A stretch of 64,000 bases of DNA from Octopus vulgaris (Eukaryota): NCBI GenBank assembly GCA_951406725.2, contig OX597814.1, forward strand, positions 16,678,001 to 16,742,000, in the 5' to 3' direction. This document shows, piece after piece, positions 42,207 through 57,625 of this stretch. The notes under the pieces were generated by a model. The model saw only the letters and a list, made by a program, of their open reading frames with translations. It ran no database searches and had not been told where the DNA came from. A program made the position numbers and the translations under genes. Numbering within the stretch: position 1 is the first letter of the stretch; each line of letters opens with the position of its first letter.

Positions 42207-42239
42207 GATGTGGCATGTAGGAAGATTTCTCAGATTTCA

Positions 42240-44500
42240 AGGACATTCTTTTGGCAACGGATCAAAACAAATAGCTGCAGTTTGGGAGGTAATCTTTGGT
42301 GTATTGAGGCAGTGGATGAAAGCAGCTAAGTAAGAACATGCAGTGAATATTTTCCAGGCCTCTTAAGCCGTGTTCGTTCTGTTCTGCGTCAGTGAATTTT
42401 TATACGAAAAATTTCTGTGGTTTGATACTCTGGGTTTTATTTGCTTTAGAGAATATAGATGCGTATACTCAATACAATGTTCTCAGTAAGTACTTACGTC
42501 TTTATGTTGAAGTTAAATTCTATGGTGTCTAGGATGTGTGAGACACTATAGAGTGATATGCAATTTGGTTCCGTTATACCACTTCTACTACAGACCTTCC
42601 TTCCTCTAGTTAAGAAATTTGTCCAAAGGAGACCGACGTTACACTTAACAAAGCAGATCAGTTAAGCCTATTTGCCATACGAAAGTCCTTATTAATGTAC
42701 TGGCATATGTAAGTCTACCGTTTCTTGTCTCTTGGATCAGAAGCACTTTGCGAGGTTAAACCATTAGAGTCTGTAAAAGGGATTCTCTTTGGACATGTTT
42801 TATTAACATTGGTACACTCAAAGATTTAACTATATTTCTCACAACCGCACTTCTTTACCATAGCGCTCTACATTTTATTATCTATTGCAAAATTCACTAC
42901 TCAGTAGAGAAAATCATACAATTCTCCCTAATCTCTCGCTCCCATCCGTCGCATTGTTGATGCCTCAATAACTATTCTTCAGGCAGTGTATAACCAGTTC
43001 ACTATCCTCCAGCAACACAAGATCCGATCAAGATAACTCTATTCACTACTATTCATTATTCTTCTAAATGTGGACAATATGCAATTAAAATTTTCACAAT
43101 AACTAAATGACTGACGGGCTTTCTTTCCAATGTCATATTCTTAATATAGCTTACACTACGCTCAGAAGACTGTTTTCTTTTTACGGCCTGACAGTACATC
43201 TACTTTGAAAAATTGTTGACATTCTACAATGTTTGACTGGGATGGTACCGCTACATACAAATCTTAAGTCTCTCCCCAAATGAAGTCAACTTACTGATTG
43301 GTAAATACTCCTTCATCAATGAACTTGAACATCTAGGTGTCAGAGGCACAGTTCTTTCAATCTTTTTTTATTTTTTTACCGTGATATGACGGCCTTTTTC
43401 TCCGAATATATTGCTAGGTACGTACCACTTTAACAAAAATCCCCATTTCTCCAAGCCCCAGTTTGACTTTTCTTTCCTTTTGTTACCCATACTCTAACTC
43501 TAAACGCATGCCACATAGTAATTTGTAAATCCTTCTTCTCCAAGTTCTTTTAGCATGCAACTAGACCCCAGATCTCACAACTGAGAATGATCTCAGAAAA
43601 TTGTAGAGAAAGGAACGAACGTATTCGTCTGGAATTTTGGAATGTACTATAATTATTAGGAGAGGCAGTTATAGCTGTTCAAGTTTATTGTAATTTTAGT
43701 ATATCACTGCTATACATCTAATAAGATGGCCTGCCAACTTTTGTTTATTTCACATAGAAGGAGACGGCTGTAACAACAGGTTTGAAGACACCCTGCTAAA
43801 CTCTGCTTATCCCAACAGTGTTTACTAAAACTAGTCACAACTGACTAGTTTGCAGAATGCAGTCGAGTTGTTAAGAAACTGGCGATGCAATAAAGATGTG
43901 TATTAAACTGAGAAAAAAACGTTACAGAAACTTATGAAATATACCAGACTAACATTTTCATTGGCACAAAAGTTTCATAGAAGATAGGAAGGAAGTGTGA
44001 GAGAATGAGAAGGCGAGTAGTGGATGTTCTGAAGAACTTTCTTAAATTACACGTCACGGTCGATTTCTTCATTTACCATGAGGTTAAGAAAAAGAGGGGA
44101 CGATACGTGGACAGACAAAACAAACATTGAGGTCAGGGTATCGAATGAGACAATGGCTAAAGCAGTCTTGGATGCACAAATATATGGAATGGCCACGGCT
44201 AGCATGACGTTAAACATAGCTATGCCTGCAGCAACAGCTAAAGAAATGCATGCAAGTAAAAGATAGTCAACTAGTAGAATTCTACCATGAAAGCTCTTCA
44301 AGATATCTCATTGTGTATTTATTTGATATTTCATGATTTGCTACCACCACCACCACCCTTCTTTGCTGCTTCTGCTATATCACAGCGTGTAACTAAGATA
44401 TCATAGTAGTTTAACTTTGCTAAGAATAAGCATGATGTTCCATAAATGTTTTCAACCCCTCGTATACCTCTGATAGGTTGTCTTCTAACAAGGCATAAGC
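42240..44500 (-). mobile_element. Ancient, heavily decayed LINE remnants (tentative)
   Basis: Microsatellite-free segment with scattered LINE-like peptide traces (HLYSLK, KDFRMAN, IERTVPL). There is no long ORF. Confidence 0.3.
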
Positions 44501-44530
44501 AAATATTAGCCATACTATATTGCATTGATT

Positions 44531-44792
44531 GTGGAGGTGCGTGGTTTAGTGGTTAGGGTGTCATCATCATGATCGTAAGATTGTGATTGCGATTCCTGGA
44601 CCAAGCGACGTGTTGTGTTCTTGAGCAAAATACTTCATTTCACGTTGCTCCAGTCCACTCCGTTGGCAAATATGAGTAACGATGCGATGGACTGGCGTCC
44701 CGTCCAGTTGGGGAGTACATACGCCATAGAAACTGGGAACCCGGGCCCTTGAACCTGGCTAGGCTTTAAAAGACGCATTTATTTATTTTATT
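44531..44792 (+). mobile_element. tRNA-derived SINE family E with 15-bp TSD
   Basis: tRNA head, V-like body, tgcgatggactggcgtcccgtccag box and (ttta)n tail. TSD tatattgcattgatt at 44516-44530 and 44793-44807. Confidence 0.9.
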
Positions 44793-44808
44793 TATATTGC
44801 ATTGATTA

Positions 44809-46132
44809 CACTGGTCTGATTACATATCATCTGGCACAAAGTTTAAAATAGCTTTTAGTTAATTTTGGGGTACTGAATCCAAATCTGGCATCAGATTTTG
44901 TCTATCACATCAGATTTTTGAGATGTAAAGTATTTCGGTTTTTGCTAGAAACAGCTATTCAATGCCCATTAAAAAAAAGAATTAAACATAGTAGATGCAA
45001 TTTTTATAGACAATATGTCTTGTTTTTAATCTAATAAATCAAAACACAAAGTTGTGGGAGTAAATGCATTTTAGCATGTAAGAACTAGGCTTGGTGATAA
45101 TAAAATATGAATACAAAATTTCAATTCATTGTGGTCATTCCTTCTGATCGTCTTATTACTGCTAGAACTTACTGTTTTTTTGACAATTTCTTGTGCGCAG
45201 CGTCTTGAATGTCTCTCATCAAACCCCAGCAGTAATCTGCAATCATGTTTGAGTCCTATCGACTTCTTGCACTACTTTTATATCTTGATGAAAGCGTTCA
45301 TCTTGTTCTTCGCTCACATCACATAGGTTCTTTGTAAGTTCACTCAAGTGACTGTGTACATAGTGCAATTTAATGCTCATTTGAAATCCAAGTGCTTGCA
45401 AACTCAAAGGCAGCTCCTCAACAATCTCTTAACAGTTGTCACCTTTCCTGCCCCCAAGGGAATTCAGCAGCACATGAGAGAAGGCTGTACTTAATGTTGT
45501 AACAAAATGTGGATCCCTGAGGAGTGTTCTTATTTGAGGTCCTTCAAATATTCCTGCATTTTTTCTTCACTTCACAAAGACTTGGAAAGGTTATATATAT
45601 ATTTCTGAAGCAGTCTCCTCTGCGATCAAGACCTTTGATGGATTGCCTCATCACACCCCGATTCAACACAGGTTTTGCAAACTTTGTATGAAGCCTAGGT
45701 TTTGTTCTGGTCCCCAAGTGCTACTTTAATGTACACATGATAAACTTTTTTCTTGACAGTTGTGCTTTTGAGCCAGTGGGGTGAAGTTTCCACAGACCTC
45801 ATTACAGCACGTCCTTCTTTTTGATGTTATATCCATAACTAGATCACAGTGTTTCAGTTCACACCTGAAAAGAAGAGGGAGGGTTTTAATGAAAAACTCA
45901 GCTTGAAGATATTATCCGAAATTGGCATGCCAATTCAACCGAAATTCCCGCAGATAGTGGTGCGAAGTTAACTCTTGATATGCTCCAGGTAATTAAAGTA
46001 TATACCGATGGCACAAAAATGGGATGTGGCAGAGAAAATCTGGGGTCAGTTTTGGAATCAGTACCCCCAAATTAGTCTAAAACAGCTCTAAGATTTTACG
46101 CCAGAAAATAAGTTTTATTTTGTTGACCAGTG
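44809..46132 (-). mobile_element. Chapaev3 (CMC superfamily) DNA transposon, internally deleted
   Basis: Termini CAC...GTG with a TTA (TWA) TSD at 44806-08 and 46133-35, and imperfect TIRs of about 100 bp. Minus-strand peptide SLQALGFQMSIKLHYVHSHLSELTKNLCDVSEEQDERFHQDIK...MIADYCWGLMRD. Confidence 0.85.
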
Positions 46133-47480
46133 TTATAATTCATATCTGAAACCACAAGCCTGCCATCTCGATCAAAACGATATCCTTGCTCAGGGAAGAC
46201 AACCAAAATATCTAGCTTGCTCATTCAAGATCAACCGAATGAGAACAACTTCCCATAATCGGGCAGAGGAGGTCCTCCTGCGTGTTTGTCAGTAATATTA
46301 GCACTAATGAATACCAGTTTTCACTGAAGCCACTTGAAGTTATGCAGAAAAATCACCCTCTTCTCTGCAGGCTGTATTGCTGTACGTAACCTACTCTCAA
46401 TAAAACTAAAGTTCATATTGAATGAAAGGAAAATTAACAAGCTTGGTTTCTTGCATGTCGGGATAGCATCTGTAAGAAATCGAGGATTTGTTTCTTTATC
46501 AAACAACGATGCCGCCATATTCTCAGGATGCAGAATGTTTATTCTCTTCTATATATCTAACTTGAAAATTTTTTTAAAATATAATATTTCTTAGCATTTT
46601 GGATCAGACCTATGATTTCCTTTTTATAAGTCGTTTTGATTTTCCCAGCTCATCTATCGGCATGATGTTAGGTTTTGAACAGATATGACAGTACCGAAAG
46701 GCAGACGAAAAACATAATTACTTCGAAGTAATTGTATTGACAAAATTGAAGTCTGCAGTCCAATCTAGCAGAGACTGAAATCGTTATAGGTACTTCGCTT
46801 TCTTGCGGATCATTGTACAAATAATTTCTAACATGAATGTCTTGAAGCTTGATTTTAGATACTTATATCCTCTGAGAATTACAACACCTACAAGACAAGA
46901 AATGTATCACTAAACACGATACATCTCCATTTGACTCTATGAAAATTGTCAATACTTTCACCAGTAGACTGATAACTTATCGACATTACCTAAGCTAAAT
47001 TCTTTCAACTTAAGCTGAACAATTATTCAATTTTAGGCAAGGAAAATATTTTTCTTATATCTGGCATCACATATTTAACTTTGGAAACTGATGTTCTACG
47101 GGTCATTTTAACACTAACGTCGTGTAGATTAGAAATCAGACACTCGTTTCAATGGGAGACATTTTAAACGGTATACTTCACAATCTTTACACTGTCTACT
47201 TGGCTTCTCTTAAGAGGTGGAATTTCCCCTCTTGATCTTAGATATAATTACCTATGCACCCACGTAATCCGTCATGAATCGATTCATAGTGGTCATTGGT
47301 CAGCTTAGAAAGTGGCAACGACAACTAATCTGGCAATAAAATTGGTGATAAAACGGAGAGATTCTTTGTGAGTAAGATAGAGTGTAACGACATAAAAAGA
47401 AAGATAATAGAATATATATTTATACAGAAATGGATATATCAAAATTACGTGCGCGATCGCGCACATACACAGACACACAC

Positions 47481-47481
<1 letters not shown>

Positions 47482-47544
<63 letters not shown>
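47482..47544. repeat. (TG)n microsatellite
   Basis: Read directly from the sequence. Confidence 0.95.
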
Positions 47545-47546
<2 letters not shown>

Positions 47547-48247
47547 GCTAAACTAAAACATCTAAAGAATAATGTCTAGACAGAAAGACAACAAAAAATA
47601 TAATAATACATAGACACAAAAGACAAAAAGAAATGGAAGAAAATGACAGAGATTGAGGATGAAAGATATCAAAGTAAGAAAATGAAAGACAAATAGTAAA
47701 GGTAACAAATATCAGTGTCTCTTTTTTTTTCTGAGTAGAAATGCTTGGAGTTTTTAGAACAAGAAATACTACGTTGTAATTTTTATGAATATCCCCAAAT
47801 TGTTCAAGGTGTAAGTGGCGTCAAATAAAGTGGGTATCGAGACGAGAAATCCCTATTCTCTTCTATGTCAAAATATGTAAAAACCAAAAAAGACATGAAA
47901 CGTATGATAAAAATGTGAAAACTTGATGAAATAAAGGAAAGATAATCTGTGTTCAAAAGCAATATTTGCACCGGTATTCATACAAGCAAAATCATGTTTT
48001 ATACGGAGGATGCTGTAAAATGGTGCACGGAGATTGCGATGGAGTAAAATGTTAAGAAAAACCTTGATGTCATTTGTTTTAGTTGTGTCTCTTTCTACGA
48101 TCCTCGAAATCAACACAGATCAAATTTGTTTTCATTTTTCTGAGCCCTAAAACAAACGTACCTGTCAAATAATCGACTCTACCTCGCACCACTTTCATAA
48201 AAAATTATGCCTGATGAATTACTATTAGTAATACTAGAAGGCGTGAA

Positions 48248-48505
48248 GGCACGTGGCTTAGCGGTTAGGGTGTCAGCACCGCGATCGTAAAATTGTGGTT
48301 TCGATTCCTGGACGGGGCGAAAAATTGTGTTCTTGAGCAAAACACTTCATTTCACGTTGCTCCAGTCCACTCAGCTGGCAAAAATGAATAACGCTGCGAT
48401 GGACTGGCGTCCCGTCCAGCTGCGGAACACATACGCCATAGAAACCAGGAAACCGGGCCCATGAGCTTGGCTAGGCTTTTAAAAAAAGGGTGCATTTATT
48501 TTTAT
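48248..48505 (+). mobile_element. SINE family E
   Basis: Homologous to 44531-44792. Confidence 0.88.
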
Positions 48506-48521
48506 TATTTTAATACTGGAA

Positions 48522-48950
48522 GGCAGCGAGATGGATGAATCATTACCGTGCCGGACAAAATGCTTAGCGGCATTTCGTCTGTTTTTACTTTCTGAGTTCA
48601 CTTTCCGCCGAAATCGGTTTTGTATTTAATACTTACGGTGCCGATAATATAAGTACCTTTTGAGTAACTAACTTAATTTTCCTCCGAATTTCCTGGATTT
48701 GTTTCAAAAATTAAACACCTTATTTTTAATGCCGGATAGTAGTGAGCAGACAGAATCGTTAGCACGCTGTACTAAATGGTTAGCGGCATTTCGTTCGTCT
48801 TATCCTTCTAAGTTTAAATTTCGCCGAGATCGAATTGACTTTCATCATTTCAGGATCGATAAATTAAGTACCATTTGAGCACTTGAATCGATGTAATCGT
48901 CTCAACTCCTCCTCCGAAATTGCTGGCCTTATGTCAAAATCTGAAGCCAA
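48522..48950 (+). mobile_element. Two old SINE family C copies
   Basis: aaatg(c/g)ttagcggcatttcgt...ccgccga motifs at about 48560 and 48775. Confidence 0.7.
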
Positions 48951-50346
48951 TATTAGTAACACTGCATCGAAGGCAGTGGAAGAGAAAAATAGTTATTTTT
49001 TTAACAATGCCTTACGGTGTTATGTTGTATCGCTTCAAGTTATGGGTACGAATTCTAGAGTTAAACTCTCAGTTTCACCACTACGTTCTATATTTCAAAT
49101 ACCATTCAATTACTACCATGTGTATATATTCTTCTGTATACACACACATACACTTTCATGGAATGTGTTAAGTTCTAAGTAAAAAATTATTTCTAGTACG
49201 AATTATATGAAGCAATAATTTTTGTGCATTCAATGCATTTCCACCGTTTATTTATGACCATGTATACATGATACCGGAAGGTGGGCAGAATAGATTGGAT
49301 CAATCCGGTGGATTGTATTAAAACTGACCAGATGGAAACCTACCCGTAAATGGAAAGGTGATTTGTCATGACGATGATATGGTCTGTCAACTGGTCAGGA
49401 TGAAATTTCCTCAGTCACAGGATACCTGTCATTGACATATCACATTTCCCTCGTCCAGAGTAAACAACTAAAAAGAAGGAAAGCAATGATACCAATTCAA
49501 AAGCAGTTGAAGCGTAGAAGCGGCAGCATTTTGGCGATTCTTTGAAAGAAGCATGCGCTTTATATTTTGCTTGATTTCTACACATATTTCCAGCACACAC
49601 AGACGTAACACACACAGACACACACGCACGCACACACGCATACACATACATCATTACATACACACACACACACACACGCACACACACACATATATATATA
49701 TAATGTGTGTATGTATGCATGAACAACTGGAGAGGGAGGAAAAGATAGATATAAACATATAAATAGATGCATAGGTTACAGAGAGGTGCACAGAAAGATC
49801 AAGATATAGCTAGACTAGATGTGCCATCATATATGTATAAGAAATTGGAATGAGAAAATCTTCTCCATGTTTGGAGCTCCGATGAAGCTATGGGGTGGTA
49901 ATCATGCATTCAATTATGCGTACATTGCATCTTATAGCAGAAACAGATGTAAGCTAATGAAGTTCATAACATACTTTGGTGCTTTTTTTAGCGTGCAGTC
50001 TCCCGCAGTAATCTGTCTACACTGTGAAATTACTTTTAGCGTGTGGTCTACATTTTCTTTCCTTCTTAATCTGAGTTAATTTTAACCATTACAATGCTGT
50101 TAAAGGATTTCTATTGACAAATAATTTCTACAGACGAAACAACAGTTGCATTTTTACAAGACAACAATCTTCTAGATACATCACAAGAAGCAGACCCTTG
50201 TCATCGATGTAGTAGCGTAATGCAAGAAAAACAAAAATGTGACAGAAATGGAGAATATCCGGCCTATATTTTGCTGACCTCGAAAAGGGTGTCAAAATTC
50301 GCCTTTCCATTCGGTAAGGTAACCGTGTTTTGTTTTTCATTATATA

Positions 50347-50708
50347 GGCGTAGGAGTGGCTGTGTGGTTAGTAGCTTGCTTACGAACCACATGGTTCCGG
50401 GTTCAGTCCCACTGCATGGCACCTTTTCAGTGGATTTGGTAGACGGAAACTGAAAGAAGCCCGTCGTATATATGAATATATGTATGTGTATACGTTTGTG
50501 TGTCTGTGTTTTCCCACTCCCCAACATCGCTTGACAACCGATGCCGGTGTGCTTACGTCCCCGTAACCTAGCGGTTCGCAAAAGAGACCGATAGAATAAG
50601 TACTAGGCTTACAAAGAATAAGTCCTGGAGTCGATTTGCTCGATTAAAGGCGGTGCTCCAGCATGGCCGCAGTCAAATGATTGAAACAAGTAAAAGAGCA
50701 AAAGAGTA
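50347..50708 (+). mobile_element. SINE family B with internal deletion
   Basis: Head ggcgtaggagtggctgtgtgg through tail aaaagagt. The CORE-like segment is missing after ggcacctt. Confidence 0.9.
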
Positions 50709-50894
50709 TAGCCTCGGGCCGATCAATTCATTGTGAGTGTATTAGGTAGGCGAAAACTAAAAGAAGTTTTGTATGTTTATGTCTCTGTAAGTAGCGCTTT
50801 TGCAAAAAAAACCTACGTGTTAAGTACCAGACATCATAAAAGTACATAAATGGTGAACACTCAACTACAATTCTTCAGCCTGGTACCGCGACAT

Positions 50895-51085
50895 GGCCGC
50901 CGTCAGTGGCTGAGTGGTAAGAAGATTGCTTCCTACTCATATGCTTCTGGGTTTAGTCCCACTGCATACACCTCGGGCAAGTATCTTCTGCTACAGCCTC
51001 GTGCCGACCAAAGACTTGTCAATGCATTTGGTAGGTGGAAACTGAAAGAAGCCCATTATAAATATGTTTGTGTGTGTGAGTGTGA
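50895..51085 (+). mobile_element. SINE family B 5' half, old
   Basis: gtggctgagtggtaag...gggcaagtatcttctgcta...ggaaactgaaagaagccc. Confidence 0.75.
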
Positions 51086-51086
51086 G

Positions 51087-51133
<47 letters not shown>

Positions 51134-52408
51134 GACATGCTATGAGGTATAAAATGTCTAGTGAAAGAATACCGTACTTTTTCACCTAAAAACAGACACC
51201 ATTTATTATTACAGTCATTGTACATTTTTCAACTTTCAAGAAGACCTTTGACTGTTTACAAACCATTATTTCTATTTCATTTATTATTCTATTTTATATT
51301 TATTTTATTTTATTATTATTTTTACATTACTTTCATCTTATTTTATTTTCATTGTCATATTGTAGCTGCTACTTTTAAATGCACCTTTTTGAACCATATC
51401 ATTGTTATTTTACATTGCAATTTTTGCACTGAAATTTCTGTACTGAAGTTTAGCCTACAATATACCTCACAACTTTGATCTTTAATGCACATTTTTAAAA
51501 GGTCTATTTACAATCGCCTAAAATGTGTCGTGAAGATTTCTTGTATCTACAAGCGTTCAACATCGTTCAAAATGTGTTTTAAACATATCGAATACCCGAA
51601 TGGATTTGTTTCATGCTATATTTTATTATTTTTATTATAATTTTTATGATATTATTTACTTACTGCTAATGATAAATAAATGCAATGAAAGTAATTATCA
51701 TTACTGGTAAACCGACGGTGCTGACAGAACGTTAGCGGGGTCAGCGAAATATTAGCGACTTTCGCCAGGTGCTAAATTTTCTGATTTAAATTTCGCCGAA
51801 GCCATAAGTAAATTTATTTTACACCAAATTATATCACATTAAGCAATTTTTGTAGCAGTTATTTAATTTTATAATTGATTTTATTCAATCTAAACCTCTG
51901 CAGTTACGTCATTTTTAATACTCAATACAATGCGCCAACAGTTTTTAAATATGTCCGTATGCTTATATAAGTTATAGTGTATATATGTCCATATATATAT
52001 GTCTATCTGTATGTGTGCATATATATATAAATATGGAATTAAACGGTGGGCATGTTGAACTGGCCATGATGCATACGTGCATATATATGTGGATATACGT
52101 TCGTATATGTAAGTATTCGTATGTTGTATTTATATACATATATATGCATTTATGTTTCTCTTCTGTGTGTATTCTACTGACGAGGCAAAGCATTTCTGAA
52201 TGCAAAGTCAGAAATTCGGGATCTACAATTATCCAGTAATTTTTTACTAGTTTTATTTCGTTTTTTTATCTAGTTTTATCTTGTTTCGTTTTGATATATG
52301 GGCAATTAAGGTGGTTTTACAGTCAGATCATGGTTGCTATTTTCAGCATGGTGGTATATCGTGGATACCCTAATTTATAATTGCATATACATATTTATAC
52401 ACACACAC

Positions 52409-52489
<81 letters not shown>

Positions 52490-53494
52490 CAGTAAATATA
52501 TATATGAAAGCATTTTCATTCAGAGAAACTTCAGAACTCTGAAGATTCCTGAAATTTCTTAATGTAACTTTTTGCTTAAATACATTAGTAACGCTATTTT
52601 CACTCTCTTACTCTCTCTCTCTCTCTCTCTGTCTTTCTTCTCCCAACACTTTTGATTCTCTTTCTAACTTGTATCAACAAAGTTGTGCTTTTAGAAGATA
52701 CGCACTGAGACATTTGATGCATGCGTGTGTATGTGTGTGTGTACATACATATATATATATATATATGTGTGCACATACATATATATATATATATGAGTTT
52801 GTGCGTAGATACCTTTATATATATTAGTATATATATTCATATATTGATATTTATATTTTGCCTGTATACTCTTGTGTATATGTTTGTATGTTTAGTGTAC
52901 ATATGTATGTATATGCCTTTAGTGAGTGTGTGTATAAGTAAATGTTATTTGCGTGTGAATAACGTGTTTATATTTTCATGCTGTTAGATTTCTGTAAGTG
53001 AATATTATTATAAACAGACTTTTAATTGTTGTTTTTTTTACAATTAATTAATTTACACTAGGTATATATGTTTTTTCTTCTAACAAGTTATTTTCTGACT
53101 TAATGTTTGCTTCGATTGTGTATGATTACGAGCAATCGTTATTTGAAATGACAAATGAAATGAGATCAATTTCAAATATTTATCTGTCAACATAAATTGT
53201 ATATTTATACATATAGCCTTAATTTTTTCCCATCCTGAATCAAAGCTGTCCGACGAACGGGAACGTGAAACTCTGAGTAATTGTGATAATTTTATGATGT
53301 TTTTGCAACTTTAAAAATAAAATAAACTCACACATATATATGTATGTATGGATGTATATATGTATCTATGTGGACATGCATGTTTTCATGTGTGCGCTCA
53401 CATAATATAAACAGCTAGGCGCAATATATCATACAGGAATATTTCATCGTCACTAATTGTGACTGAGTGCAATATAGGTCACCAATTGTGACCT

Positions 53495-54432
<938 letters not shown>

Positions 54433-54572
54433 TATGCTTCGACACCCTCAGTCGCAATGTATATATATATATACCACCCTTGCATATACATATGTGTGTG
54501 TGTATATATGTATGTATGTATGTATATACATATATATATATAAATGTATGTGTAAGAGAAAATATATATATA

Positions 54573-54630
<58 letters not shown>

Positions 54631-55104
54631 TGTATGTATGTATGTATGTATATATAACCTAACTTCAGGACTTATTTAATTGGAATTATCCAAACAATGG
54701 TAATCAATTTACATGGGTAGGAGCTTTTTTTTAACAATTTTTATCCTGAAAATCACCTGTTACTTTTGCTTTAAAGTGAAAGAGAGGAGAAAGGGAAAGA
54801 TGTATGAAAGTGTATGTGAAATGATCGTGTGTATGTGTCTGTTTGTATGTGTGTGAGAGAGAGAGAGAGGGAGAGGGAGAGAGACCCGCATTTACATACA
54901 TGAGAATATTCACGTTCACTCACACAACACACACACTCTCTCTCTCTCTCTCTCTTGCTCTCTCACACATACAAACACACACACACACACACGAACACAC
55001 ATGCATAAGTACATGCAAAAAGATGTATGCATATGTATTGATATATGTACGTATACATCTCAACATACCCCTTCACTCACTCTGTCTCTCTTTTTCACTC
55101 TCTC

Positions 55105-55138
<34 letters not shown>

Positions 55139-55963
55139 CCTCACTTTCACACACACACGTCCATTTCATATACACGTACATACATCTTTCACTTTAAAAG
55201 AAAAGTAAATATATAAAAAAAATTAGGGAAATTAACGAACTCTGGATGATGAAATCACATTCAATTAAAATTATTTCCAAATAACTAAATTATTGTGTTC
55301 GGCAAAAACTCGGCGTTTTTTTTCTTAGAGAACGCGAAGACAACGTGTGTATATATGTCACAGATAGTGAACGTGTGTTTGTGTTTGATTGACATGCCAT
55401 GACATTCATTATATGTATGTGTATTCTGTATGTGTGATGTGTGTTGACGTCATGGAAGCCATGTACATTTTTCATCAAAATATAACAAAGATTGTGTTTA
55501 ATCGTATAAATAAAGGGTCTATTGTCACAAAAAATTGTACTGTACTGCCGAAGGTAAGTATGAAAAATAAATAAGTAAAAAATTAAGGTAAAATATACTA
55601 TTTCTGAGAATTTTCTCTTACACACAAACATCCCTAGAGTTTTAGTTTTATAGAGATAGATAAATAACTACGTGTGTGTTCGTGAGTGTGCATGCTCATG
55701 TGTCATTGTGTCTGTCCCCCATAATAGCCTGACAGCCGGTGTTTGTGTGTTTATGTTATTTACTGTTGGTGACGTCCTGTACCCATGTATACATATGCAT
55801 ATATACATATATATATATATGGATATATATGTACATATATGTATACGTGTTTGTGAGTGTATGTATGCATATATATATATGCATATATACATTATATTAT
55901 ATATGTATATAACAGTTTTAATTTATAGATAAATCAGACAAACTGGCAGACAGACAGACACGG

Positions 55964-56014
<51 letters not shown>

Positions 56015-56019
56015 GTAGT

Positions 56020-56092
<73 letters not shown>
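55964..56092. repeat. (TAG)n(CAG)n(TAG)n trinucleotide tract
   Basis: Read directly from the sequence. Confidence 0.96.
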
Positions 56093-56698
56093 CCAAATTC
56101 ACTCAGGACCTGAAAATAAAATAAATTGTGCTATTAAATTACACATGGTATCGGTCAATAATGGTCAAAAATCTATGTAAAAATATCTAAATTCTTGCAT
56201 ATCTACTTGGTTCTTTTTTTCTTTTTTTTTTCTTTTTTTTTTTGTTCGTACTTAAAACTTAATTCAGTTATTTAGAAATAAACCTTGCGCGAAAACTTTC
56301 TCACCGTAATTGACAAAGATTCAATTATATTTTACGGTGAACAGAAATGTACTGTTTTATTTTTTGCTGTGCGATTATTATTCGATTCGCGGCATCACAA
56401 AATTGAATATTTCAGACATATACACGCAATATAGCTGCTGCTGTACGAAAAGTAAACAGATTTGTTACATCACTTGGTTTTTCTCTCTCTGACCGGAAAA
56501 GAATGATCGATCTGCTTAGCAAAGAGTGTTATTGAATTCTCATCGGGAATTGTTTAAACAATTCCCATCATCCACAGTATAGTATAGTAGCTTATAGATT
56601 CACCAATAAACTAGCTTATGGCTCTGTGTATGTATGTGTGTGTGTGTGTGAGTGAGTAATATTTAGCAGAAACATGGATATACTGATAACGTTCTAAT

Positions 56699-57188
56699 TC
56701 ATCATCAATATCATCATCATCATCATCAATATCATCATCATCATCATCACCACCACCACCACCACCACCACAACCATCACCACCACCACCTCTACCACCA
56801 CCACCACCACTACCACCACCGCCATCATCATCATCATTTATCATCACCACCACCACCACAGCCACCACCACCACCACCTCCACCACCACCACTACCACCA
56901 CCACCATCATCATCATTTATCATCACCACCACCACCACAGCCACCACCACCACCACCTCCACCACCACCACCACCACCACCACCACTACCACCACCACCA
57001 TCATCATCATTTATCATCACCACCACCACCACAGCCACCACCACCATCACCACCATCATCATCATCGTCGTCGTCATAATCTCAGTAACATTATCATCAT
57101 CACCATCATCACCATCAACATCAACATCATCATTATTATTATTGCTGTTCCTGTTGCTGTTGCTGCTGTTGTTGTTGTTGTTGTTGTT
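56699..57188. repeat. Compound (CAT)/(CAC)/(TTG) trinucleotide array with higher-order repeats
   Basis: catcatcatcatttatcatcaccaccaccac...agccaccacc recurs three times. Confidence 0.9.
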
Positions 57189-57625
57189 ACGCAACAAGAT
57201 GGGTAAGGGTGATTAGGTGATTGTCTAGGGCTTAGGGGCGGAAAACCCCAGACCTTGGAGAGAAAAAAAACTTTGGTGGTCTTGTTGTAGTCGAAGGCTC
57301 TTCGTTGACGCCCGACACCACTGAGAGGTGGCCCTCGAAGTCGCTGGAAATGGAGATCTCCTGGTCCAAATTCTTGAACGGCGTGTTGCTGCTGTTGTGG
57401 CTGGTGTTGATAAGACAGCCAGCTGGTGGAACCATTCGCACGCCGGACATATTGCTTAGCCTCATTATGTACACCTTTACGTTCTGAGTTCAAATTCCGT
57501 CGAATTTGTCTTTTACTCTTTGAAGGTCAATAGACTAATTACCAGATGAAAACTGAAGTAGATGTAATCGATTTACCACACTTCCGCGAAAACTGCTCGC
57601 CTTGTGTCAAAATTTGAAACAATTA

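Noticed and set aside
44047-44301. Hydrophobic 84-aa ORF resembling a membrane protein
   Set aside because: It has no ATG start or family motif and lies in what appears to be decayed LINE sequence.
55329-55553. Possible 225-bp exon (ttttcttag...aag|gtaagt)
   Set aside because: There are stops in all three frames, so it cannot be supported without transcript data.
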